A stretch of DNA of 64,000 nt from Terriglobia bacterium (GCA_021325275.1 JAJPHL010000070.1:3387-67386); one strand, 5' to 3'. Numbered from the stretch's first letter, positions 40,954 to 52,391 are shown. Notes: generated from the letters alone by a model not told the origin. Numbers and translations: made by a program.

Positions 40954-43900
40954 CTAGAACGTTCGCGAAATCGTGAATCGGAACACGTGCGCCGGTTCCG
41001 CGTACGACGTCGCCATACCGTAAGCCAAGGCTTGCTGGTAGGTGGCATTGTTCGGAAACTGGCTGCGATCCACGACCAAGCCCGGCACCACGTTCGTTTC
41101 CACGCGCTGCACATTGTACGCGTAGTACAAACGGAAGGGCGCTTGGACCACCGGCAGAACCACTTGCAACTCCAGGCCCGTGGACCCGTGCAGGGCGCCG
41201 TTAGTGCCCGGCACCAACTGCAGGTTCTGCGTGAAGTTCGTATTCGGATACAAACTCAACAACTGTTGAAAGCGCGTCTCGCCGATCTGCAACTGGCTGG
41301 CGCGCAGCGCGGCGTTGGCGCCCAAATCGTAGAACGCCGCCAACGTCACCGGTCCGGCAATCGGAATGCGGTACTCGAAATTGCCGACCATCTGGAAATC
41401 GCCGCCCGGGAACGTGATCTGGTTGATCGGAATCGTCATGGTCTGCGGCGCCGATTGCACCACGCCGTTGACCAATACCGGAGACGACCGCGGCGATCCA
41501 TCCGAATCGAGCACGTTGATGTTCACCGTGTTCGGCACGTAGCCGATCGGCGAAACGGTGCGAATGTCGAAGCCGCGAATGTCCTGCTCGCCGCCGATAT
41601 AGAAGCGCTCGTAAGGCGGCGCGACGCGTCCGCCGTAGCCGGTCATATACGATCCCAGCACGCGGAGGCCGATAGTGTTGCGCTTGTGATACGTCGGGTG
41701 ATAGTAGGTGAACGATCCAGTGGGCCGCACCAGGCGCACCGTCCCGCCGGCGCCCGCAAATTCCCCGCCCAGGAAAATGCTCTTGCCCGACGTGGGATTC
41801 AGCGGGCTGTTCACCGTGTTGTAGCTGTAGCTCGGCGTGATCTTGCTGGTGGTGATACCGCTCAGCGAGTTTGGTCCCGAGATGGTGTTGTAATTCAGGT
41901 AGTCGAAGTACGCCGCCGCCGCGTTGCTGAACGTGGTGATGTTGGACTTGTCGTAACCGTAGGTGATGCCGACGCGCGAGAATCCCCGGCCGACCGGATA
42001 GCTCACGAACACCGTGGCGCCCTTGGAATTCTGGCGATAATTCAGCAAGTTTTGCTGGCCGAACTGATCGTAGTAGCCGATCAAGTTCTGTCCGGCGAGA
42101 ATCGACGCTTGGCGCGCCTGATCGTAACTGTAACGGCGATCGTAAACCGTAAATCCCACGGCGTAGCGCTTGTCGAACAAGTGCGGTTCGGTGAATCCGA
42201 GGAGAATGTTGCGCTCGATGGTTCCCAACTGCACGTCGAAGGTCAGCGTCTCGCCCAGTCCCAGGAAGTTGTGCGTCTGATACTGCAGCCCGAGGAACGT
42301 TCCGGCGATGCCGCTGACGCCGCCGGTCAATCCAATGGTGTTCTTGCCCTTTTCCTTGACCTTCAGATTGATGTCGACCGTGCCGTCGCGATTGTTCGGC
42401 TTCACGCCGTCGTCTTCGTTTTCCTTCTTGATCGGCTCGAAGAAACCAAGTTGATTCAGGCGCAGAATACTGATCGACCACAGGCGGTGATTGAACATGT
42501 CGCCTTCGTCGAGCAGGATTTCGCGGCGGATCACTTTGTCGCGCGTGGTGGTGTTGCCCGAAAAGTCGATGCGCTTGACGAAGAATTGCTTGTCCTCGTC
42601 GATGTTGAAGTTCATGTTGATCACGTGAGCCTGCTTGTCGATGTCCTGACCCGGCTCGGTGACCTCGTTGATGTATCCGAACTCTTTATAGATATCCTTC
42701 ACCGCCTCGATGCCCTTGCGGATCTTCGAGACGTTGAAGATGTCCCCTTCGTTCATCTTGAACTGCGGCTTCAAAATCTGGTCGGGCCGGCGGAACAACT
42801 TGACGCCGGTGAACTCCATCTTGCCCATGTGATAGAGATCGCCCTGCTCGATGGCGATGGCGATGTCCACGCGCTTGCCGGGCTTGGGCGGACCCGGCTT
42901 CTTGTGGCGGAAGCCATCCCACACTTCCACGGGAGCCATGGCGATTTTGCGCAGGAAACCGTTGTTCTGGACGTCGTAGATATTCAGCTTGGGATCGAGC
43001 ACCAACGTTTCGAAATACCCGATGTCCTGAAATTGTCCGCGGACCATTTCCAAGTCGTAGGAGAGCTTCGACTGGTCATAGGTGCGGCGGAACAAATTCT
43101 CCAGGTAAATACTCTTGGGGATTCCGATGGGCTTGGTGAACTTCATCGCGCGGATCAGTTGTTTGTCGCCGATCGCTTGATTGCCGCTGAACGTGATGTC
43201 GCCGACTTTGACCGTGGGTCCTTCGTCCACGTCGAAGACCAGCTTGATCGAGTTCGGTGGCGTGCGCGTGGCCTTGGCTTCCACTTTCGCGAATTGATGG
43301 CCCTTCTCCGCGAGAAATTCCTGCAAAACCACTTCGGCGTGGCGGACCTTGGTGGGATCGTACGGCGTTTCCACAACCAGCCCCACCTTGCGTTCCTTGA
43401 AGCGATCGAGCACGTCGGATTGCGACACCGACTTCATGCCCTTGCCGTAGTCAATCGTGCGGATCTGCGGTTTTTCGCGAACGTAGAACGTGAGGACGTG
43501 ACCCTTGGGACCGGGCTCGTCTTCCAGGCGCAAATCCTCGAAGTATCCGGTGTTCCACAAATTCATGAAGTCGCGTTGCAGCGACGCAGGATCGAAAGGA
43601 TCGCCTTTGTGCGTGAACAAGCGCGTGCGCAGCATGTCGCGCGTGTAACGGCGATTGCCGGCAAACGTAGGATCTTCGGCGACGACGTTGGGAACGCCGG
43701 CCAACGGCATCGGGAGTCGCGGAGGCACCGGCTGCTGTCCGGGAGCGGGCGCCTGCATAAGAGGCGTGCCCTGCGGCGTCGCTTGCTGTGGATCGGGCGC
43801 AGCGGACTTTTCGTCTTGATACTGAAGTTCGGGCGGTTCGTTCAGGGGATCGTAGCCGTGCATCGAGAACAGCACGATGCGTTGAGAAGCGGGAGGAGTA

Positions 43901-44082
43901 GCAGCGGGTGCTTGCGCGGAAGCGGGCACACCCACGCCCGCGACCCAAACCGCTAGCAACCCAACCGCAAAACCCCAGCTTTTACGCGTCACTCGTTCAG
44001 TTTCTCCATTCGTTCTGGCGCTGAGTGCGCGCAAACTCGACGAAGCAGCGCGCAGAATGCCACACAACGATGGGATTGTCAT
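40954..44082 (-). CDS. bamA: outer membrane protein assembly factor BamA
   Basis: Five POTRA-like repeats and a C-terminal Omp85 barrel ending in F. Start uncertain: ATG at 44082, or GTG at 43992 just before the signal peptide WGFAVGLLAVWVAGVGVPASA. Confidence 0.9.
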   Translation of the reverse strand: MTIPSLCGILRAASSSLRALSARTNGETERVTRKSWGFAVGLLAVWVAGVGVPASAQAPAATPPASQRIVLFSMHGYDPLNEPPELQYQDEKSAAPDPQQATPQGTPLMQAPAPGQQPVPPRLPMPLAGVPNVVAEDPTFAGNRRYTRDMLRTRLFTHKGDPFDPASLQRDFMNLWNTGYFEDLRLEDEPGPKGHVLTFYVREKPQIRTIDYGKGMKSVSQSDVLDRFKERKVGLVVETPYDPTKVRHAEVVLQEFLAEKGHQFAKVEAKATRTPPNSIKLVFDVDEGPTVKVGDITFSGNQAIGDKQLIRAMKFTKPIGIPKSIYLENLFRRTYDQSKLSYDLEMVRGQFQDIGYFETLVLDPKLNIYDVQNNGFLRKIAMAPVEVWDGFRHKKPGPPKPGKRVDIAIAIEQGDLYHMGKMEFTGVKLFRRPDQILKPQFKMNEGDIFNVSKIRKGIEAVKDIYKEFGYINEVTEPGQDIDKQAHVINMNFNIDEDKQFFVKRIDFSGNTTTRDKVIRREILLDEGDMFNHRLWSISILRLNQLGFFEPIKKENEDDGVKPNNRDGTVDINLKVKEKGKNTIGLTGGVSGIAGTFLGLQYQTHNFLGLGETLTFDVQLGTIERNILLGFTEPHLFDKRYAVGFTVYDRRYSYDQARQASILAGQNLIGYYDQFGQQNLLNYRQNSKGATVFVSYPVGRGFSRVGITYGYDKSNITTFSNAAAAYFDYLNYNTISGPNSLSGITTSKITPSYSYNTVNSPLNPTSGKSIFLGGEFAGAGGTVRLVRPTGSFTYYHPTYHKRNTIGLRVLGSYMTGYGGRVAPPYERFYIGGEQDIRGFDIRTVSPIGYVPNTVNINVLDSDGSPRSSPVLVNGVVQSAPQTMTIPINQITFPGGDFQMVGNFEYRIPIAGPVTLAAFYDLGANAALRASQLQIGETRFQQLLSLYPNTNFTQNLQLVPGTNGALHGSTGLELQVVLPVVQAPFRLYYAYNVQRVETNVVPGLVVDRSQFPNNATYQQALAYGMATSYAEPAHVFRFTISRTF

Positions 44083-44250
44083 GCCACGTTCACGATTTTC
44101 TCGGCCTGAACCTGCCTGAATTGCTTTTTGACCGCACCGGCCGCGCATCATTTCTTTTTCGCACGCTTCTACTGCACACCAAAGGTACGCCGTCTCGCTC
44201 GCGCGCACACTTTTGTCACGGCCCGTACGTTCTCGCAGAAAAACTGCTCG

Positions 44251-46704
44251 CTACCTGTACAGAAGCACTGGTTCACCCAAAGGCTCGCCTTCGGTTTGGG
44301 AACCTGCTGGACGGTAGTATAACCCATCTCCTTCCAAAATCACTTCCAATTCCGCGGGTTTGGGGATGGTCCCTTGAATCAATGCTTCCGACAGCGGATC
44401 CTCGATGTACTTCTGTAAAGCCCGCCGCAAAGGACGCGCTCCGTAACTGCGATCGGAGCACGTTTTCTCCACGATCCACTTGCCGGCTTGATCGGTGAGC
44501 TTCACGGTAATCTCGCGATGCTCCAGGTTCTTGTTCAACTGGCCGACCATCAGGTTGACGATCTTCAACAAATCCTCGTCGCTGAGCGGATTGAAGATAA
44601 TGATCTCGTCCAAGCGGTTCAAGAACTCCGGATTGAACACCCGCTTGACCTCTTGCTTCACCATGTCTTCCACCTTCGACTGGGAAGCGTCTTCGCCCGG
44701 CGCCTGGAAGCCCAAACCGGTGCGCTTCTGCAAGAACCGCGCGCCGATGTTCGAGGTCATGATCAGAATGACGTTCTTGAAGTCGACCGTGTTTCCTAAA
44801 CCGTCAGTTAATTGTCCATCCTCGAAAACTTGCAACAGGATGTTGAAGACGTCGGGATGAGCCTTCTCGATTTCGTCGAGAAGGATCACGGAGTACGGCG
44901 CGCGCTTCACGCGCTCGGTGAGTTGTCCGCCTTCCTCGTAACCCACGTAGCCGGGAGGCGATCCGATGAGTTTGGAAACCGAGTGCTTCTCCATGAATTC
45001 GCTCATGTCGAAGCGGATCAGCGATTTCTCCGAGCCGAACAGGAATTGCGCCAGCGAGCGCGCCACTTCGGTCTTGCCCACGCCCGTGGGACCCAGGAAC
45101 AAAAAGCTGCCCACCGGCCGCGCCGGACTCTTTAATCCCGCGCGGCTGCGGCGAATCGCGCGCGCCAACGCGGAAATCGATTTGTCCTGGCTGATGATGC
45201 GCCCATGCAGTTCTTCCTCGATGCGCAGGAGTTTCTGCATTTCCTCTTCTTTGATCGAGTTGACGGGGATGCCCGTCCAGCGCGCCACCACGTCTTCGAT
45301 GTCTTCCTTCGTGACGACGCCCGTAGACGTTTCGTCCAAGTGATACTTCTCGCGCAACGTGCGCAAATGCTCCCGCTCCTTGCGTTCCTCGTCGGAGTAG
45401 AAGCGCGCCTTCTCGAACTCGTGATTCGCAATCGCGTTTTCCATGCGATGCACGATGAACTTGATGCGCTTCTGAATGTCGGCCAGTTCTTCCGGCAAGG
45501 TTGTCTGGCGCAGTTTCACGCGGGCCCCGGCTTCGTCGACCAAATCGATCGCCTTGTCGGGCAGGAAACGATCCGGAATGTAGCGATTCGAGTGCGACAC
45601 CGACGCGTTGATCGCTTCGTCGGTGTAGGACACGGCGTGGAACTTCTCGTAGCGGTCCTTGATGCCGAAGAGAATCTTGGTGGCGTCCGATTCGTTGGGC
45701 GGCGCGACTTTCACCGCTTGGAAGCGGCGCTCGAGCGAGCGGTCGCGCTCAATCGACTTGCGATACTCCGACGGCGTGGTCGCGCCAATGCATTGCATCT
45801 CGCCGCGGGTGAGCGCCGGCTTCAAGATGTTGGCGGCATCGAGCGATCCTTCGGCCGATCCCGCGCCGACCAGCGTGTGCAGCTCGTCGATGAAGATGAT
45901 GGCATTTTGATTCTCCATCAACTCCTTCATGATGGTCTTCAAGCGCTCTTCGAATTGTCCGCGATACTTGGTTCCCGCGACGATCAACGACAGGTCGAGC
46001 GCCAGAATGCGCTTGTCCGCCAGGAAACTCGGGACGTCGCCGTCGGCGATGCGCTGCGCGAGTCCCTCGACGATGGCGGTCTTGCCGACGCCCGGTTCGC
46101 CGATCAGCACAGGATTGTTCTTGGTGCGGCGGCACAGGATTTGCGTGACGCGCTCCACTTCGCGATCGCGCCCGATCAGCGGATCGAGCAAATTGTCCAT
46201 GGCCGATTGCGTCAGGTCGCGCGAGAATTCCGCGAGCAGCGAGCTTTCCTTGTTGCGCGAACTGGAAACTTTCTCGCTCTGCTGGCGCGCCAGTTCTTCG
46301 CGAATGTTGGAGAGCCGCAGGCCGCGCTCGTGGAGAATTTCCGCGGCGAAACATTTTTCCTCGCGCAGCAATCCGAGCAACAGATGCTCCGTGCCGATGT
46401 GCTTGTGCGAGAGCCGCTCGGCTTCCTCGGCCGCGTACGCCAGCACGCGTTTGCACTCGTGCGACAACGGGAGATCGACGGAGGTGGAAACCTTCTCGCG
46501 AATCTGCACGTGGCCTTCGATTTGCTTGCGGATGGATTCGACCGAAGAGTAGGAACGGAGGAAGCGATTCGTCAGGGCCTTATCTTCACGCAACAGCCCG
46601 AGTAAAAGGTGCTCGCTTTCAATATAGGGACTACCAAACTGGCTCGCTTCGTAACGTGCAAAGAAGATGACCCGGCGGGCCTTCTCCGTATATCGTTCGA
46701 ACAT
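44251..46704 (-). CDS. clpC: ATP-dependent Clp protease ATP-binding subunit (ClpC/ClpA-class, two AAA+ modules)
   Basis: Double Clp_N repeats. Walker A GEPGVGKT and GPTGVGKT. Short middle linker (not the ClpB-length M domain). Confidence 0.85.
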   Translation of the reverse strand: MFERYTEKARRVIFFARYEASQFGSPYIESEHLLLGLLREDKALTNRFLRSYSSVESIRKQIEGHVQIREKVSTSVDLPLSHECKRVLAYAAEEAERLSHKHIGTEHLLLGLLREEKCFAAEILHERGLRLSNIREELARQQSEKVSSSRNKESSLLAEFSRDLTQSAMDNLLDPLIGRDREVERVTQILCRRTKNNPVLIGEPGVGKTAIVEGLAQRIADGDVPSFLADKRILALDLSLIVAGTKYRGQFEERLKTIMKELMENQNAIIFIDELHTLVGAGSAEGSLDAANILKPALTRGEMQCIGATTPSEYRKSIERDRSLERRFQAVKVAPPNESDATKILFGIKDRYEKFHAVSYTDEAINASVSHSNRYIPDRFLPDKAIDLVDEAGARVKLRQTTLPEELADIQKRIKFIVHRMENAIANHEFEKARFYSDEERKEREHLRTLREKYHLDETSTGVVTKEDIEDVVARWTGIPVNSIKEEEMQKLLRIEEELHGRIISQDKSISALARAIRRSRAGLKSPARPVGSFLFLGPTGVGKTEVARSLAQFLFGSEKSLIRFDMSEFMEKHSVSKLIGSPPGYVGYEEGGQLTERVKRAPYSVILLDEIEKAHPDVFNILLQVFEDGQLTDGLGNTVDFKNVILIMTSNIGARFLQKRTGLGFQAPGEDASQSKVEDMVKQEVKRVFNPEFLNRLDEIIIFNPLSDEDLLKIVNLMVGQLNKNLEHREITVKLTDQAGKWIVEKTCSDRSYGARPLRRALQKYIEDPLSEALIQGTIPKPAELEVILEGDGLYYRPAGSQTEGEPLGEPVLLYR

Positions 46705-46744
46705 TAGGGACTGCCTCCTGACTCCGAACTTCTTGCTGCGAGCT

Positions 46745-47434
46745 TTACGTTCTCGATCGCAGCTCGCCGTTCACCATCTCCCACACTCGCGGGCATCGCG
46801 CGGCGAACGCCGGATTGTGCGTCACGATCGCCGAAGTCAGCCCGTGCCGCGCGTGCAATTCTTCGATGAGGTGGAACACCGTCTCGCCCGTTTTCTGGTC
46901 GAGATTGCCTGTCGGCTCATCGGCCAGTAACAAACTTGGTCTCCCCACCAGAGCCCTTGCCAAAGCGACGCGTTGCTGTTCTCCGCCCGACAACTCACCC
47001 GGACGGTGGCGCAATCTCCCGGCTAATCCCACTTCCTTCAACCGTTCCGCGGCAGCCTCTTCCGCTTCGCTCGGGTCCACGCCGCGAAGCCGCAGCGGGA
47101 GGGAAGCGTTTTCCAGCGCCGTGAATTCCGGCAGCAGTCTGTGGAATTGCCAGACAAAACCGATCTCGCGATTCCGCAACTCGGCGCGTTCATCGTCGCG
47201 CAACGCAGAGATCAAATTTCCTTTCAAGTATAACGCACCGTCGCTCGGACTGTCCAGCGTACCAAGGATCTGTAACAGCGTACTCTTGCCGGCGCCCGAC
47301 TCTCCGATGATCGCCACCAGCTCGCCGGGCGCAATCGCCAGGTTGAGATTTTCGAAAATCGTCAGCGGCGCGGACGCGTCGCCCGCGGAAGGAAATCGCT
47401 TGGCGAGTTGGACGGCGCGAAGGAGAGGATCCAT
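46745..47434 (-). CDS. lolD: lipoprotein-releasing system ATP-binding protein LolD (MacB-type ABC ATPase)
   Basis: Walker A GESGAGKST, LSGGEQQRVALARAL signature, Walker B LLLADEPTGNLD. Confidence 0.85.
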   Translation of the reverse strand: MDPLLRAVQLAKRFPSAGDASAPLTIFENLNLAIAPGELVAIIGESGAGKSTLLQILGTLDSPSDGALYLKGNLISALRDDERAELRNREIGFVWQFHRLLPEFTALENASLPLRLRGVDPSEAEEAAAERLKEVGLAGRLRHRPGELSGGEQQRVALARALVGRPSLLLADEPTGNLDQKTGETVFHLIEELHARHGLTSAIVTHNPAFAARCPRVWEMVNGELRSRT

Positions 47435-47503
47435 GATGGCGGCACAGCCGGCTGAGAGGTCAGTCTAACGCAGATTCCGCGACCACTGTGCATCCGCTCG
47501 TGT

Positions 47504-47773
47504 ATGATCGTTTCTAAGATGAACGCCGCCAGCCCCGCTTACGAAGAGATCATCGAATTCATTGCGTCGGGCACAACTCCCGAAGCGATTGTCGCCTATC
47601 GTCCTTCACCGGAAGCTCAAGAGCGAGTACTGGAATTGGTGGAGCGCGAAAAAGCAGCATCCCTCACCGCCAGCGAAAAAGCTGAGCTCGATCATTTTCT
47701 GGAGCTCGAACACATCTTAAGGATGGCCAAAGCCAAAGCTCGGCAATTCCTCTCCGGTGAGATTCCGAACTAG
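47504..47773 (+). CDS. hypothetical small protein
   Basis: 89-aa ORF. Helical, acidic. No family recognised. Confidence 0.35.
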   Translation: MIVSKMNAASPAYEEIIEFIASGTTPEAIVAYRPSPEAQERVLELVEREKAASLTASEKAELDHFLELEHILRMAKAKARQFLSGEIPN

Positions 47774-47805
47774 CGACAGCGTACGTATTGAAACGGTCAG
47801 CCGCC

Positions 47806-47859
47806 CTCACTCGTAGCGCAATCCTTCGGGCCGCCACCACGCTCGACGCGCGCCGCGCC
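47806..47859. repeat. diverged duplicate of the lolC 3' end (direct repeat R1, partner R2 at 51126-51179)
   Basis: About 85% identity over ~54 bp with the last 17 codons of lolC. The minus-strand reading ends ...WWRPEGLRYE*, versus lolC ...VMPAEGLRYE*. Confidence 0.7.
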
Positions 47860-47884
47860 GCAATGGCCGTGCTATCATCGCGCC

Positions 47885-50800
47885 ATGATGACGCCTCGAA
47901 GAGTCGCATCGCTCGTCTTGTTCACGCTGTTTCTGGCCGCACAGCGGCCGGCCGCTCCGCCGCCGGGCGATTCGCTCCTGCAGAACTTCCGGAATCCGCC
48001 GGACAGCGCCAAGCCGCGCGTTTGGTGGCATTGGATGAACGGCAACATCACCAAACAGGGCATCAAAGCCGACTTCGAGTGGATGAAGCGCGTGGGAATC
48101 GGCGGCTTCCAAAATTTCGACGCGTCGTTAAACACGCCGCAGGTGGTCGAGAAACGGCTGATCTACATGACGCCCGAGTGGAAAGACGCGTTCCGCTACG
48201 CCACGACGCTCGCCGACCAGATGGGTCTCGAGATGGCCATCGCCGGTTCCCCCGGCTGGAGTGAAAGCGGCGGACCGTGGGTGCCGCCGTCGCAAGGAAT
48301 GAAGAAACTCGTGTGGAGCGAGACCCGCGTGGAAGGCGGACGCGCGTTCTCGGGCTCGCTGCCCAAGCCGCCCATCGTTTCGGGACCATTCCAGAACATT
48401 CCCGGTGGCGGTAGGAATTTCGGCGGCAACGCCGGACTAGTCGCGCCGCCCCGATTTCTACGCCGACGCGGCCGTGATCGCGTATCGCGCGCCGGACGGC
48501 GACGTTCCCATCACCGAGTCGCATCCGAAAATTACGTCAAGCGGCGGCGCCTTCGATTTGTCCGCGCTCACCGACGGCGATCTCATGAAGGCGCAGGCGT
48601 TGAACGCGCCGGAAAAAGAAGACGCGTGGATCCAGTTCGAGTTTGCCGCGCCGCGCACGGTGCGCGGCCTGACGATTGCGTTGCGTCCGCGTGTGGAAGC
48701 GGGACAATCGCTCGAATCAAGCGACGAGGGCCGCCAGTTTACGAAGGTCTCCGACCTTCCGGCGCGCACCAACGCGCAACAGCGCACCATTTCCTTTGCC
48801 CCGGTGACGGCAAGATTCTTCCGTGTGCGCTTCGAGCGTCGACCCGCGCCGGCAACGCAACTGCCCTATCAGGTCACCGAACTCGTGCTGCACTCGGACG
48901 CGCGCGTGAATCGCTTCGAAGAGAAAGCCGCCTTCGCCCTCGCACCGACGCTCTATTCGATGGCGACTCCGTCGAATCCGAGCGGCGCGATCCGCAAGAC
49001 CGACGTCGTGGATCTCACCATAAAGATGCGCCCCGACGGCTCGCTCGACTGGACGCCGCCGCCCGGCCGATGGGTGGTGCTGCGCATGGGCTATTCGTTG
49101 CTCGGCATCATGAACCATCCCGCGTCACAGGAAGCCACGGGACTGGAAGTGGACAAGTTGAATCGAGATTATGTGAAGGCGTATCTCGACAAATATCTCG
49201 ATCAATACAAGGATGCCACGGGCGGCTTGATGGGCCAGCGCGGACTCCGCTACGTGATCACCGATAGCTACGAAGCGGGTCCGCAGAACTGGACCGACAA
49301 ACTTCCCGACGAGTTCTCCAAACGCCGTGGATACGACATGCATCCTTGGATGCCCGCGCTCGCCGGACGCGTAGTGGAGAGCGCCGAGGCCACCGACCGC
49401 TTCCTGTGGGATTTCCGTAAAACACTGGCGGATCTGATGGCCGAGTATCACTACGACCAAATCGGTGAAACACTGCACGCGCGCGGCATGGGGCGCTATT
49501 CGGAGTCGCATGAATCCGGACGCGCGCTAATCGCCGACGGCATGGAAGTAAAGCGCAAGGCGGATATCCCGATGAGCGCGATGTGGACGCAACGTCCCGG
49601 CGTGAACGAAGAACTGTACGGATACAACGCCGACATTCGCGAGTCGGCGTCGGTGGCACACATCTACGGACAAAACTTGGTGGCGGCCGAATCGCTGACT
49701 AGCACGAACCTGGCAGCGTGGGCGTGGTCGCCGGAGACGCTGAAGCCCACCGCCGATAAAGAGCTCGCGATGGGATTGAATCGCTTCGTGATTCACACGT
49801 CGGTGCATCAGCCGGTGTCGGACAAGATTCCCGGCCTTGGACTGGGTCCTTATGGCCAGTGGTTCACGCGACACGAAACGTGGGCGGAATCCGCCAAGCC
49901 TTGGGTCACCTACTTGGCGCGCAGTTGCTACCTGCTGCAACAAGGCAAGTTCGTCGCCGACATCGCGTACTACTACGGCGAAGATAACAACGTCACGTCG
50001 CTGTTCAGCGCGAAATCGCCGGATGTTCCCGCCGGCTACAACTTCGATTTCGTAAACGCCGATGCGTTGATTCACGAATTGTCCGCAAAAGACGGCCGCA
50101 TCGTCACGAAGACTGGGATGAGCTATCGCGTGCTGGCGCTTGATCCCAACAGTCAGCACATGGCGCTGGCCGTTTTGCGGAAGATTCGCGATCTGGTCAA
50201 CGCCGGCGCGACGGTCGCGGGACCGAAGCCGGTGGAGAGTCCCAGTTTGAGCGATGACCAAGCGGAGTTCCACAGGATCGCGGATGAACTATGGAGCGGA
50301 AAAATCAAGGCCGACTTAGCGGCGTCGCTCGGAGCGGCTCCCGATTTCGAGGCGCCTGCCAACTTGCTGTTTGTGCATCGCAAGCTGATCGACGGCGACA
50401 TCTATTGGGTGAACAACCGCAGCAATCGCGCACTGGCGGTTGACGCTGCGTTTCGCGTGACCGGAAAGGCGCCCGAAATCTGGCACGCCGACACGGGCGC
50501 AACGGAAGCGGCGGCCTATGCGATTTCGGGAGATCGCACAAGCGTCCCGTTGCATCTCGATCCGTGGGACGCCGTCTTCGTAGTGTTTCGCCGGCCGGCC
50601 GCCGCGTCGTCGCGCACGATTTGGCGGCCGGTGGAGACGAGCGTGGCTACGATCGACGGCGCATGGAGTGTCGCATTTCAGGCGGATCGCGGCGCGCCTG
50701 AAAAGATGTCGCTCGACAAACTCTCGTCGTGGTCTGATTCGGACGATGGCGGCGTGAAATACTTTTCGGGCACGGCCGTTTATTCCAAGACGATTGACGC

Positions 50801-51125
50801 TCCCGGCGATTGGTTCCAACCCAGCGCTCGCCTTTGGCTCGATCTCGGCGACGTGAAGAACCTCGCGGAAATATCGGTGAATGGCAAGCCGCTGGGAATC
50901 GTTTGGAAGACGCCGTTCCGCGTCGACGTAACCGACGCCTTCAAGCCCGGCCCGAATACGCTTTCGATCAAAGTGACCAACCTGTGGGTCAACCGGTTGA
51001 TCGGCGATCAGCAACCTGACGTGAAGAAGAAGTACACCTACACGACGCAAGCGTTTTACAAAGCGGATTCGCCGCTGCTGCCGTCAGGCCTTCTGGGGCC
51101 GGTGCAGATTGTGCGAGCGAAATAG
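47885..51125 (+). pseudogene. large secreted glycoside hydrolase-like gene (~1080 aa) interrupted by a +1/-1 frameshift at ~48441-48452
   Basis: Track ORFs 47885..49267 and 48474..51125 overlap in different frames. The sensible translation switches frame at a C-rich run (...GNAGLVAPP | DFYADAAVIAYRAPDG...). N-terminal WWHWMNGNITKQGIKADFEWMKRVGIGG is typical of large GH2/GH106-like hydrolases. Confidence 0.65.
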
Positions 51126-51127
51126 CG

Positions 51128-52381
51128 CTACTCGTAACGCAATCCCTCGGCCGGCATCACGCTCGACGCGCGATGCGCCGGGTACAGCGTTGCGATCAGG
51201 CTGATCAGCAACACAGCACCGGTGATCCACAACGCGTCCGTTGCGCGCAAATCGAACGGCACGTAGTTCACGGCATACACGTCGGCCTCGAGGTGGATCC
51301 ATCGATAGTGCCCCGCCGCCCAAGAGAAAGAATATCCGGCCGCCAATCCCAGCGCGATCCCAAACACGCCGATCAGCAAACCTTGCAAGCGGAAAATCCA
51401 GCCCACCTGCCGCCGCTTGGCGCCGAGCGACATCAGCACGGCGATGTCCTTGCTCTTCTCGAGCACCAGCACATACAAGCGATTGAAAATTCCCAGCGCC
51501 GCGACGAACACGATCAGCCCCAGCGTCAGAACGGTCACCGTACGCTCGAGTCGCAGCGCGTTGAACAACGCGTGGTTCTGCTCCATCCAAGTTGTCGCGA
51601 CAAATCCCGGGCCCGCGACGCGCTTGAGATCCACGGCCGCCTCAGGCGCGCGATCGGGATCGGCCAAGCGGACGCCCACCGCCGACGCGACATCGTTGAG
51701 CAAGAGAATCTGCTGCGCGACGGCAAGCGAAGTCAGCGCCCACTGACCGTCGAATTCGTAGAATCCGCTTTCGAACACTCCCGCGACCTTGAACGGACGG
51801 GCCCGCGCCATCGGGCCGATCGGCGACAAGTGCCCGCGCGGCGAGGTGATCGTGACCACGTCGCCCGCGTGCGCGCGCAGCGTTTCCGCCAGATCTTTGC
51901 CGAGAAGCAGCGGCGGCATGTCGTCCGGCGCAAGCGTTTTCTCAAGGGGCGCAGCCGAGCCCTCGCGCAAATGATCGAGCAATCCGCCCATGCGACGCTC
52001 CATCGAGGGCACCACGCCCTTCAGCACGATTCCCTTCGACAACGGACCCGCGGTGATCAGCAATTCGGTGTAGACGCCCGGCGCCGCCGCGATCACGCCC
52101 GGCTGGCGCTCGCATTCCGCGGCCAGTTCGCGCCATTTGGCGATGCCGTCGCCGCTCGAGCGCTGCAACATCACGTGCGGCGTCGCGCCCAACAGCGTCG
52201 ATTCCAGCACCTGACGGAATCCGCTCGTCACCGCCAACGCGATCACCAGCGACGCCACGCCCGCCGCCACGCCGATCACCGAAATCGCCGTGATCACCGA
52301 CACCGGACCGCCGCGCCGCGCGCGCAAGTATCGCCAGGCCATCCAAAATTCGAATTTGTGTCCGGAAGACGGCGCGCTCAT
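51128..52381 (-). CDS. lolC: lipoprotein-releasing system permease LolC/LolE (FtsX family)
   Basis: N-terminal ...FEFWMAWRYLRARRGG, matching the LolC LRYMRGR motif. 4 TM helices and a large periplasmic loop. Start at the internal Met removes overlap with the upstream gene. Confidence 0.85.
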   Translation of the reverse strand: MSAPSSGHKFEFWMAWRYLRARRGGPVSVITAISVIGVAAGVASLVIALAVTSGFRQVLESTLLGATPHVMLQRSSGDGIAKWRELAAECERQPGVIAAAPGVYTELLITAGPLSKGIVLKGVVPSMERRMGGLLDHLREGSAAPLEKTLAPDDMPPLLLGKDLAETLRAHAGDVVTITSPRGHLSPIGPMARARPFKVAGVFESGFYEFDGQWALTSLAVAQQILLLNDVASAVGVRLADPDRAPEAAVDLKRVAGPGFVATTWMEQNHALFNALRLERTVTVLTLGLIVFVAALGIFNRLYVLVLEKSKDIAVLMSLGAKRRQVGWIFRLQGLLIGVFGIALGLAAGYSFSWAAGHYRWIHLEADVYAVNYVPFDLRATDALWITGAVLLISLIATLYPAHRASSVMPAEGLRYE

Positions 52382-52391
52382 GTGGTCTCGC

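Noticed and set aside
40951-43956. 1001-aa plus-strand ORF antisense to bamA, and the 426-aa ORF 41201..42481
   Set aside because: Shadow frames of the well-supported bamA gene. Translations are Arg-rich and show no domain features.
45205-46605. 466-aa plus-strand ORF antisense to clpC, and the minus ORF 45749..46456
   Set aside because: Shadow frames within the AAA+ gene. clpC has Walker motifs and Clp_N repeats in its own frame.
47807-48112. 101-aa minus-strand ORF ending ...WWRPEGLRYE
   Set aside because: Only its last ~17 codons are meaningful, as the duplicated lolC 3' fragment. The rest is antisense to the hydrolase gene.
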